63,391 bases of DNA from Polyangia bacterium (GTDB taxonomy: Bacteria > Myxococcota_A > Polyangia > JAAYKL01): positions 1 through 63,391 of the forward strand of contig JBNKCR010000091.1 in the NCBI GenBank assembly GCA_050287845.1, in the 5' to 3' direction. The position numbers were made by a program, and so were the translations under genes. Positions 41,589-49,503 of this stretch are shown here, in pieces; position 1 is the first letter of the stretch; every line of letters begins with the position of its first letter. The notes beneath the pieces were generated by a model. It saw nothing but the letters and a program-made list of their open reading frames with translations, was not told the origin of the DNA and did not search any database.

Positions 41589-41819
41589 CTATTTGGGCGA
41601 AGTCGGTTTTTCGCCAGATGACGAACCATTAGTGGCGGGCGTGGTGTTCGACGTGTTTTGCGGTGGTGTTGTTGCGACTGGTGTTTTATTTGGTGCCAAT
41701 TCAAATATTCCGTCGAAACTGCTTTGAACCCGACCGCGATTGTCGGGTCTAATCGATGCAATTTCGTTTAAACTATCTGTGACGAGTCTTGATGGTGAAT
41801 CCGGTGCTTTTTGGGTCAT
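41589..41819 (-). CDS. Small hypothetical, disordered protein
   Basis: GGAG RBS overlaps the stop of the upstream membrane-protein gene. Confidence 0.45.
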   Translation of the reverse strand: MTQKAPDSPSRLVTDSLNEIASIRPDNRGRVQSSFDGIFELAPNKTPVATTPPQNTSNTTPATNGSSSGEKPTSPK

Positions 41820-41830
41820 TGTAAGATCTC

Positions 41831-42238
41831 CTATTTGTTTATTTGGGTAGCTATTGCCGCTACCACGGATATTAAAATACCGAGCAAAAAAGAGTGGATG
41901 AGAAGCAGGTCTAAAAATTTTAGAAGTGGACTTCGAGTGGCTGTTTTATTCATTACCTCTTCGAGGTGTTTGGGGTTGCATTTAAATATCGCAATAGAAC
42001 TGATTGTTCCGAATAAAAATATTCCCAATGAAATTGAAAATAGAATAACAGCAACAGAAGTCTGAATTTTTCCTGTGCTCAACAATGTCACGAGAATTCC
42101 AACAGCAGCAATGGAGTATTGCCCCATTTTTTTATCGGCCTCCATTTTGCTGCTAATCCATGCTTCAACGAGAGCTGAACGCCATGCAACTTCCATTGCA
42201 GACTCATTTGGGGTCGAATGTTCATCTGGTTCTTTCAT
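41831..42238 (-). CDS. Hypothetical membrane protein (about 3 TM)
   Basis: ATG 42238 with GAGGA RBS; three hydrophobic segments. Confidence 0.7.
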   Translation of the reverse strand: MKEPDEHSTPNESAMEVAWRSALVEAWISSKMEADKKMGQYSIAAVGILVTLLSTGKIQTSVAVILFSISLGIFLFGTISSIAIFKCNPKHLEEVMNKTATRSPLLKFLDLLLIHSFLLGILISVVAAIATQINK

Positions 42239-42500
42239 TTTGTCCTCATCTGACGAAAGCGCCCTTGGTATCACGCGACGTAAAAAATCAGTGATACAGG
42301 GCGCACTTGTCCATCCCATGTTAATTTTCTTCGAATCAACAAATGCGAATTTATCCGAAACTGTTGTCTCGAAACGATTCACAACTACTAAATTTTGCTT
42401 GCAGTGGTTAAAGAGTGGTTATACTGTCATCACGTTTTGTCCTTTCTGATGAAACTATTCCCGACTTCACGCGACGTACAAAATCTGTGAGGTTGGGTGC
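42239..42500. repeat. Two copies of a ~65-bp hairpin element, 196 bp apart
   Basis: TCACGCGACGTAMAAAATCWGTGA at 42271-42294 and 42467-42490 (22/24); both preceded by TTTTGTCCT..TCTGAYGAAA; flanking stems differ yet pair. Confidence 0.8.
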
Positions 42501-42663
42501 ATTTTATTTTCATTTCAATCGAGTACCACATGCATGGCGTTACTCGCTGATCGCAATAGCAATGTATCCAGATGGTATTCTCTCGGCAAGGCAAAAACAG
42601 TAGTTCAATGTCACTGGAATACTGTTGGGCTCTCCGATGGCGAAAGAAAATGTCAGAGAGATT

Positions 42664-42888
42664 TTATTTAAAGAGTACCCAAATAGTTGAACCAACCGCT
42701 TCGGTCGCTCGAACGAGCGTTTTTAACGTTGCGTTGACTTCCCCGGATTCGAGGCGCTGCCAGCGTTTGTAATCGATTTGGGCGGCCTGGGCGGCTTCCT
42801 CTTGGGTCATCCCGGCGGCGAGTCTGAGTTCTTTCAGTTTTTCGCCGATAATACGCTGGATTTGGTCAACAGATGACGCCTGATTCAT
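42664..42888 (-). CDS. XRE-family HTH regulator
   Basis: IGEKLKELRLAAGMTQEEAA......YKRWQRLESG.VN.TL.TL. Confidence 0.92.
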   Translation of the reverse strand: MNQASSVDQIQRIIGEKLKELRLAAGMTQEEAAQAAQIDYKRWQRLESGEVNATLKTLVRATEAVGSTIWVLFK

Positions 42889-42922
42889 GAGTTATGCGTA
42901 TCTGCTTCCATTATGATTGAAC

Positions 42923-42940
42923 ACCGTACTATAATACGGT
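42923..42940. promoter_or_regulatory. Palindromic operator between XRE gene and divergent gene
   Basis: ACCGTA-CTATAA-TACGGT, overlapping TATAAT at 42930-42935. Confidence 0.65.
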
Positions 42941-43021
42941 ATTATCACGATGTAATTATTATACATCGAATGCAATTGAGACCATCTTCAGAACGCCAAA
43001 AATATAGGCACAGGAGGAATT

Positions 43022-44161
43022 ATGCCCAATGTTCTTCAGTTGAAAAAAGCGAAAGACTTTAAGGGGCTTGAAGAAATCATTCTCGGAGAAGACGACCTGT
43101 TAGCCCGTCTTAATGCAATTAAGGCAATCGCAGAAATTGGAGAAGGGGAAGCGGAACGAATCCTTATTGAACAGCTTAACTCGGACGATTTGCCAGTACG
43201 TGAAGCGGCAGCGCGTGCACTGGGAAATTTAAAGGCAGAATCAGCAATTCCGGTACTGTCGAACATGGCGGACAATGTCGGCCCAGACGGAAAGGCAGCC
43301 CGAGGAGCAATAGAAGAAATTAGCGCCTTGCTACAAAAAGCACCAACAGAAGAACCACCAGACCCGAACGCCACTAAAGCCTGCCCGATGTGTGGCGAAA
43401 CGATCCTTGCTGTTGCAAAGAAATGCAAACATTGCCAAACCTTTTTTGACGAATCGGCTACATCTGGAACGACCACCAGCGCGAGTCAGTCAACCGCCTC
43501 CTCACCGGATGTCATGGGGGTGTTGCTTTTACTACTCCCACTGATTGGAGGGGTTTTACTGTTTCTTTCATGGTACAAGGCCAGCGGAGAATTTTCGGTA
43601 ATGGAAGCAGGGGAGGTTTTTTCAACTTCGTACCAACTGTTGATTTCAGCATTTGTCGTTGTGTTGGTAGGAAGTGCCATTCTGGTTGCAATTGATGCGG
43701 CAACGCTTGGATACGGGAAAGATGAACGTAGTAAAGTAGTCGCCTTGAGAACCGGCCCGGCGGCATGGGCATTTGGACAATTGCTCATATGGATTATTGC
43801 ATATCCATGGTATATGTCAGCACGAACGCATGCATCCAAGCGGGCAACCGACTTTGCAGCGGGCGCAATATTGTTTTCAATCCTTTTTTTATTGGGTTCT
43901 GTAACCGTGAGTATGCTGTATTCTACGCGACAGAAGTTGGTTCTGAGTCAGATGCACGAGAGGCTTAACGCTATTGGAAGCATTTCCGATGCCGAGTCGC
44001 ATGAATCGATTTCTCAAGTTGAGGAAGGTCTTGTCCCAGATGACTGCATAAGCTTGTGTGATTTAGAGTGTAGGAAGAAAATCCGCGAGTTTGGTGATGC
44101 TGTGACAGAAGAAGAGCTCACAACCTGTGTCAGAATCTGTTCGCTCCGTTGTCGACGCTAA
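43022..44161 (+). CDS. HEAT-repeat, zinc-ribbon, multi-TM protein with Cys-rich tail
   Basis: VREAAARALGNL HEAT repeats; CPMCGE.I...AKKCKHC; four hydrophobic segments; AGGAGG RBS. Confidence 0.8.
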   Translation: MPNVLQLKKAKDFKGLEEIILGEDDLLARLNAIKAIAEIGEGEAERILIEQLNSDDLPVREAAARALGNLKAESAIPVLSNMADNVGPDGKAARGAIEEISALLQKAPTEEPPDPNATKACPMCGETILAVAKKCKHCQTFFDESATSGTTTSASQSTASSPDVMGVLLLLLPLIGGVLLFLSWYKASGEFSVMEAGEVFSTSYQLLISAFVVVLVGSAILVAIDAATLGYGKDERSKVVALRTGPAAWAFGQLLIWIIAYPWYMSARTHASKRATDFAAGAILFSILFLLGSVTVSMLYSTRQKLVLSQMHERLNAIGSISDAESHESISQVEEGLVPDDCISLCDLECRKKIREFGDAVTEEELTTCVRICSLRCRR

Positions 44162-44244
44162 GAGAATTTCACCAACTTCGGATTGTCACCTTATACGCGC
44201 GCAATTCACGCCCACACGCCCACGCGCATATTATAAAGAGAGGC

Positions 44245-44544
44245 TCACTGATTGGAAGCGGCTGAGGTATCGGGGGAGCTTGGAAGAATGCTTTGAGTAA
44301 TCTTAATCCCCATGCAATGGGCTGCTATGCAAAGGGATTTGATTACTGGTTCAATGCAGTATGCATTGAGGGTGACGCCTTTCTTTGTCGGTTTTGGGGT
44401 GCCATCCTCATCCCTGTAATATTCTCGAATATCAACGAAGGTTTTATCTCCATAGCCCGACAACCCAACGCGAATGAAGGAATTTCCCCTGGGCGGTTGC
44501 CACTGAATTACAGCAATGTTTCCTCTGTTTTTCCAGTCGCCCAC
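44245..44544 (-). CDS. PC4/YdbC-family ssDNA-binding protein
   Basis: IRV.LS.Y....FVDIREYY.DEDG..KPTKKGVTL; GTG 44544 with AAAGGAAGG RBS. Confidence 0.85.
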   Translation of the reverse strand: MGDWKNRGNIAVIQWQPPRGNSFIRVGLSGYGDKTFVDIREYYRDEDGTPKPTKKGVTLNAYCIEPVIKSLCIAAHCMGIKITQSILPSSPDTSAASNQ

Positions 44545-44905
44545 TATTGGCCTTCCTTTCGTAGCGTCGCTGCCCGGTAGCACAAGTGAATGACGGTTGT
44601 GACAAAATCTTCCTGCAAATCCCCGTGAATAGACATCCCGCAAGAAATTGGATGACTGTGTCACGAAAATGGTCCCGGTCTGGGAGGGGAGGGCGTTACT
44701 TATCCAGCAACGTAACGCCCACGAGGCCCGAATCGTGACGCAATGCATCTATCGGAAATTGGGTTGAACAGAGGGGGGGTTAGACATGCACGCACGCGAG
44801 ATGTTATGACGTTCTAATTCGTTACGCGTGGACAAAGACGCTAACAGGCTTGTCAGCCACTGCAACACGAAAACTCAGGTTGTCCCGCACGCATTTTTGC
44901 TTTGC

Positions 44906-45739
44906 CTAAAAATCCGGCTCTTCAAAATCGTCGAGCATACTTTCGTTAAAATAGTCCAGTGTGTTTCCCATGAAATCGGCCTCGCGTGCATTTTTGTATT
45001 CCTTATGCTCAGAAATAGGGAAAGATGCCGATTGATTGTTCCCCCTCGTAGTATGTATACTACTACTATACCCCCTATTAGCTGTAGACTGTAGATCGGT
45101 CGGCGCGCTCCCCGGACCCGGGGTCGACATGGGGGTCGACGTGGGGGTCGACCTCTGTGCTTTTTCGCGAGTCTTCTGGTTTTTCTGCGCAGAAATGTTC
45201 TCCTCAACGTGTGAAACGGTGTTGACATTGGGTTCGATTAGGGGCTTCAGAAGCGTTTCCAGCGGCGCAATATGTTGGCTGTATGCGTCCCTCATTTTGT
45301 CGGTGCTTTCATCGCATTCACGCCAGATTGCCTGAATGACCATGGGTTTGAATGGACACTCGTTTGGGATTCTTTTTACCATGTTCGCAAACATCCTTAC
45401 CGCGTCCGGGTTTTGGGGAGGGTTGTTGGCAACCATTTTTCGCAGATAGACAACATTGGTTTCATCGTCGTATTGAAACAATCCGATTTTTTTGCACTGG
45501 TTGAACAGCTTGGTGAATCTACCGCGTGCCATTACATGAAATTCATCTCTCAAACGCGGCAACGAAGCGTGATAGCATCCGATAGCGTTGCTGGCTGGAC
45601 CGCTTTCCAGATAGTCGAGAAATGCATGTTGCTCGGGACTCAAATCGAGAAATGCTTTCGAATTCCACTTGTCCTTGTAGTTTTTGGTGAAATTCCGGCC
45701 ACTGTTGCGGCTGGGCACTCTGCGCTTATCCCCCGACAT
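44906..45739 (-). CDS. Putative phage-type replication initiator
   Basis: W....F..LS.......YL...P..N.IGCY N-domain; internal 12-bp repeats; position after alpA-like gene. Confidence 0.6.
   Translation of the reverse strand: MSGDKRRVPSRNSGRNFTKNYKDKWNSKAFLDLSPEQHAFLDYLESGPASNAIGCYHASLPRLRDEFHVMARGRFTKLFNQCKKIGLFQYDDETNVVYLRKMVANNPPQNPDAVRMFANMVKRIPNECPFKPMVIQAIWRECDESTDKMRDAYSQHIAPLETLLKPLIEPNVNTVSHVEENISAQKNQKTREKAQRSTPTSTPMSTPGPGSAPTDLQSTANRGYSSSIHTTRGNNQSASFPISEHKEYKNAREADFMGNTLDYFNESMLDDFEEPDF
45120..45152. repeat. Three GGGGTCGAC iteron-like repeats at 12-bp period inside rep
   Basis: Copies at 45120, 45132, 45144; AT-rich TAGTATGTATACTACTACTATAC nearby (about 45048-45070). Confidence 0.7.
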
Positions 45740-45740
45740 T

Positions 45741-46094
45741 TCAGTTGCCTGTCGGTCCAGTTGTCCATTTTTGTCCCGGGAACCCCTCTTTTTTCACAAC
45801 TGCGGATTCGTGTGGGGAATTCGATATGGGTATGCCTACAAAATGGGGATTGCTTTGCTCCGGCGTGTTTTTTGCGTGTTCCTCCGCGCGGATATCCTCC
45901 CACGCTACCAGACCAATCCGACGCGGACTGAACCGCTGCCAATCGAGTACAGGTTTTTGCTTTCGGTATGGCATGAACAGATAAAGAGGGCACGTCACCA
46001 CCTGACAATCCGATTTACCGTCGGCATAGTGCGCCATGCACTCGTGACACTTGGATTCAATCGCGATTCTGCGCGACACTTTTGACCCGCTCAT
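45741..46094 (-). CDS. Small Cys-rich (zinc-finger-like) phage protein
   Basis: AI..KC.EC......DC....CPLY.F; ATGA coupling with alpA-like gene. Confidence 0.65.
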   Translation of the reverse strand: MSGSKVSRRIAIESKCHECMAHYADGKSDCQVVTCPLYLFMPYRKQKPVLDWQRFSPRRIGLVAWEDIRAEEHAKNTPEQSNPHFVGIPISNSPHESAVVKKEGFPGQKWTTGPTGN

Positions 46095-46303
46095 TGATTC
46101 CCCCCAATGACTCGATCAATGTCAATACGCCGCCAGAGTAGGGGGCCTCGCGTAGCATTCAGGCGAACCGGCTGGACGGGACCTTCGCCAGTGCAAGCCC
46201 ATTTTCTTAGTGTTTGCGCGGATCTGCGAAGCACGATCGCGGCTTCTTTGGTAGTAAGTAATTCTGTTCTTGACTGATTCTGGTCCAGAGTGTTCGTCGA
46301 CAT
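46091..46303 (-). CDS. AlpA/excisionase-like HTH protein
   Basis: LLTTKEAA.VL..S.QTLRKWA..G.GP..P.R......W...DID. Confidence 0.88.
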   Translation of the reverse strand: MSTNTLDQNQSRTELLTTKEAAIVLRRSAQTLRKWACTGEGPVQPVRLNATRGPLLWRRIDIDRVIGGNQ

Positions 46304-46436
46304 GCTGGAACCCCTTTCCTGTGCATCGAAACAGTTTGCACAATAAAAAGTTATTGGTTCCGCGTGTCGCTCTTTCGACCAGCTTGCGGCAGGTAGTCCC
46401 CCAGATTATGATTGCTCAGAATTTGAGGTTGGCTCT

Positions 46437-46537
46437 ATGCTATTCAGTCACAGTGGATTGTCAAACTTATTTTTGTGTTGCTGTGTTGCTTTTTTTGTTG
46501 GGCGTACATATTGCGTGCACAGTGTTGCGTAGTGTTG
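46437..46537 (-). promoter_or_regulatory. Sigma70-like promoter for the alpA-rep operon with upstream CAACAC repeats
   Basis: Minus strand TTGACA (46464-46459), 16 bp, TAGCAT (46442-46437); GTGTTG on plus at 46475, 46483, 46522, 46532. Confidence 0.55.
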
Positions 46538-46557
46538 ATGTACATCAATTGAGAGAA

Positions 46558-47841
46558 CTATTTCACCACGTGCAACCCCTCTTGAACGGCTTCGGCATCA
46601 AACTGAATCTCCGCATTCGCCAGAATAAATTCTTCAAATTTGTTGTGCCAGACGGCTAACAGATCAACCGGGCGCACGGTGTAGTGCTTCTCTGATGTGG
46701 TCTGGGGTTTGTGCCCCTGAATTTGTTCAATGATGGCTTTGGGCGCGCCAATCCATTCGGATAGAGTTGTGAAGCTGCGCCGCAATCCGTGGAGGGACAG
46801 ATCTGTGATTCCGGCCTCGGCCAGCGCTTTTTTGTGTTGAATGCGCGGCTCTTCAATGTGTTTGCTTTTGGACCGCTCGGAATAGAACACCCACTTCTTT
46901 TTTTTCTTGAGGCGGCTGATTAAAAATTCAACATAGGGGGTCAATGGAATCACGCGGCCATCGGCTTCCACTTTGTCATGCAGCCAGATGGTTTTCCATT
47001 GGGTGTCAATGTCGCTCCATTTCAGGCGGGTCAGTTCATTGCGGCGCGCGCCGGTCAGCAACAGAATTTGAAGATACGCCGAAATGTAGGGATTTCCGAT
47101 TTTCTGCACCGTATCAAACCAGGCTTTCAACTGAACTTTGGTGAGGGCATCCCGTTTGGGGCTGGCCGCTGGCACCAGTGTTCGCAAAATTGAATTGCTG
47201 AAAATATCGGGGCTGGCCATGGCGGGGTGATATTCATCCCGCTCATATGCCCACCGCCAGGCAGCGCGCAGGCGCATGAACCCATGGCGCAGCTTCGCGG
47301 ACTTCCCCTGGTTGCGGTACCCCTTCACGGGTTCGCTGGCGACGTTCTGCGCCCATCTATTCACCGTCTGCTGGTCAATGTCCGCCAGCCGCTTCTGCAG
47401 CATAGGCCACAGCACACCGCCGTTTGGGCGGGCATGAAACAGGTTGTCGTCATAATGGCGATCGGACCAGCGGGTCTTGTTGGCTTTCAGGTATTGTTCA
47501 AATACATCTTTGAAGTACAGGGAATTCGCCCCCTCGGTGTCTCTCAGGGCTTTGCGCGCCTTCCGTGGGTCTTCCCCCTGGTCCAGTAACTGGTGCAAGC
47601 GCCGGGCCTCCTGGCGGGCCGCTGGCAGGGTCCAGATTTGAAAGCTGCCAATGGTCAACCGGTTGCGCCGGTTTCCAATGTTGTACCTGAACACATATGA
47701 CTTGCCCCCTTTGCCGGTTACCCGCAACCCCAGGCCGGGGGTGTCCGAATCCCACATAAAGGCTTCTTTCCCGTCCTTGCTGGCGAAATTCTCCACCTTG
47801 GGAACCGTAAATTTCACTCTGTTTGACTGGCTCAAAAGCAA
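46558..47841 (-). CDS. Tyrosine integrase with P4-type arm-binding N-domain
   Basis: WD....GLGLRV...G.KSYVFRY..RLTIG; catalytic TGARRNE, HGLRR, GH, HY. Confidence 0.95.
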   Translation of the reverse strand: MLLSQSNRVKFTVPKVENFASKDGKEAFMWDSDTPGLGLRVTGKGGKSYVFRYNIGNRRNRLTIGSFQIWTLPAARQEARRLHQLLDQGEDPRKARKALRDTEGANSLYFKDVFEQYLKANKTRWSDRHYDDNLFHARPNGGVLWPMLQKRLADIDQQTVNRWAQNVASEPVKGYRNQGKSAKLRHGFMRLRAAWRWAYERDEYHPAMASPDIFSNSILRTLVPAASPKRDALTKVQLKAWFDTVQKIGNPYISAYLQILLLTGARRNELTRLKWSDIDTQWKTIWLHDKVEADGRVIPLTPYVEFLISRLKKKKKWVFYSERSKSKHIEEPRIQHKKALAEAGITDLSLHGLRRSFTTLSEWIGAPKAIIEQIQGHKPQTTSEKHYTVRPVDLLAVWHNKFEEFILANAEIQFDAEAVQEGLHVVK

Positions 47842-47860
47842 CCCCCGGTTCCTCGAAATT

Positions 47861-47914
47861 TGGATCCGCTTTGGATCCCCATTCGAAAAAATGGATCCTT
47901 TTTGGATCCGGATT
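47861..47914. promoter_or_regulatory. Integrase arm-type sites, right end of element 1
   Basis: TGGATCC at 47861, 47872, 47892, 47903 (two pairs, 11-bp spacing). Confidence 0.75.
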
Positions 47915-48049
47915 CAAGGTATAGCACGGAACACGATGGTACACCAACAGAATAAGAATCACCCGAAAATACATTGTAATTTCAATATATTATAGCCACT
48001 GCAGAACACAACGGTACACAATGAGACAATCATAATATTATGAAAATTG

Positions 48050-48096
48050 CGGTTTCCTAAACCGGGGGTCGCAGGTTCGAGTCCTGCTGGGTGCGC
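48050..48096 (+). repeat. attR of element 1 (displaced tRNA-Arg 3-prime half); probable attL of element 2
   Basis: Copy of 39645-39691 with a single A/G difference (39674 vs 48079). Confidence 0.95.
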
Positions 48097-48100
48097 AGCG

Positions 48101-48140
48101 AAAGCCCTGTAATTCTGAAGAGTTGCAGGGCTTTTGTTTT
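48101..48140 (+). terminator. Rho-independent terminator
   Basis: AAAGCCCTGTAATTCT-GA-AGAGTTGCAGGGCTTT followed by T-tract. Confidence 0.85.
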
Positions 48141-48164
48141 TGGTGGGGGTGGGGGTGAGGGGCG

Positions 48165-48186
48165 ATGGGGCACTGGTGGGGCACTT
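48165..48186 (-). repeat. Left copy of 22-bp inverted repeat (two TGGGGCACT at 11-bp spacing)
   Basis: ATGGGGCACTGGTGGGGCACTT; reverse complement matches 52670-52691 at 20/22. Confidence 0.85.
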
Positions 48187-48298
48187 CTTGGCAACACTGG
48201 GCAATAATGAGGTTCTTGCCGTTCGAATTTTCAAAATCGCGCCAAAGCCCGAAGGGCGGCGGTGGAACACGACTGAACTTGCACTACGTTACGGTTTT

Positions 48299-49354
48299 TC
48301 ATTTTGGGGAATCTGTTTTAAAATAAGCATCCCATGCTCGTGACAAGTCTGTCCCCTCTATTTCTGCAAACGTAATCGCACTACCAGCCTTTCGAAGTTC
48401 TTGAATTCGTATCAGCGCACGTTCACTGGGGGGCCAATAGGTATGGCTGTCCACAATTCTGGGAACTTTGATACGTCCATGAATATGAAAATCTGCAGAC
48501 CCAAGGTACTCTGTAAGTTTATCTTCCGATTCCAAACATATCAGGCTCTCTGACGTGTCATTATGTTTAAATGCGGCATCGATACGATGCGCTTCTATTC
48601 GTTCAGTTTCAGCATTTTTCAGCTTCAGGTTTCTGGCATGCCCTTCTCTTTGCAACATGTGACCAGTGACTGTGTAGTCGATAATTACAATTTGTCCCTG
48701 GTCGCCGACGCTGTTTCCGCGAATGGAATATTCTGCTGGTAGAACGACAGACATAACATGCTGACCAAGTGTCTTCGGGATTTTCTCTGTAATCCATTGC
48801 TCCCAGAGAAGATTCATCAGGCCGGGTTTGTCATGGCCATGTCGCTGGAGATCGAGTTGAGCGGTGACTCCTGGTAAGTTTTTTAAACAAATATTCGGAA
48901 GATAAGAGAAATGGTTCATGCCAAGCCATGTTGCCAAGGTGAAAACAATTGAATGCTTGGCGCTGGAAATTTCAATGTTTAATCGATCCGGTGTTAAGCC
49001 TTCAAATAACAGTGTCCGGATTCCTTCGGTTTTAGCTCTTTCGAGAGCGTCCTTTGTATATCCTGTTGGTGATACATAAATTCCATTCACTGCAGGGATA
49101 CCAATGTCTTTCAGTTTGCCGACAAAAGCATCTATCCTTTCGATGCCAACGCGCTTTTTCTCGTTTTTACACTCAATGACTATTTGGACCGGATAACCTT
49201 TGACTTGTGATGTTAATAGCACATCGATTTCGCGCTGTCGTTGGGATCCCGCAACTGGCAGCATGACACGAACTCGCACGCTTTCCGCTGCGTGGCTATG
49301 TAGCAGCGCTACCACATTCTCAAGGAGGTCTCCTTTTCTTTTGGCTTCTCCCAT
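48299..49354 (-). CDS. Mrr-like PD-(D/E)XK restriction endonuclease domain plus unknown C-domain
   Basis: E..VA, REIDV, IVIECK, ..I.AF..K..D, GI.VS..GYT..A...A. Confidence 0.85.
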   Translation of the reverse strand: MGEAKRKGDLLENVVALLHSHAAESVRVRVMLPVAGSQRQREIDVLLTSQVKGYPVQIVIECKNEKKRVGIERIDAFVGKLKDIGIPAVNGIYVSPTGYTKDALERAKTEGIRTLLFEGLTPDRLNIEISSAKHSIVFTLATWLGMNHFSYLPNICLKNLPGVTAQLDLQRHGHDKPGLMNLLWEQWITEKIPKTLGQHVMSVVLPAEYSIRGNSVGDQGQIVIIDYTVTGHMLQREGHARNLKLKNAETERIEAHRIDAAFKHNDTSESLICLESEDKLTEYLGSADFHIHGRIKVPRIVDSHTYWPPSERALIRIQELRKAGSAITFAEIEGTDLSRAWDAYFKTDSPK

Positions 49355-49503
49355 TTAACATTCTCCGTTCGAAGGCTCGATATCATGAAGGCCGGACCAC
49401 GCGAGAGCGCGATAGATGTCATCTTCAGTGTTTATTCTGAACAGTTGTTTTTTGAAAGTATATTATATATCCCGATGCAGGAGCATTTTAGCAGGAGTTT
49501 TCG

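Larger units (their letters stand above)
39645..48096. mobile_element. Integrative element 1, satellite/PICI-like, 8405 bp between att copies
   Basis: 47-bp direct repeat of the tRNA 3-prime half; intact tyrosine integrase, alpA-like, rep, XRE; arm-type sites at both ends; no structural or conjugation genes. Confidence 0.92.

Noticed and set aside
42250..42455. CTGAYGAAA motifs as hammerhead ribozymes
   Set aside because: CTGAnGA and GAAA overlap with no stem II between them, so the topology does not fit
48050..48096. Second tRNA-Arg gene
   Set aside because: Lacks the 5-prime acceptor strand and D arm; it is the att duplication
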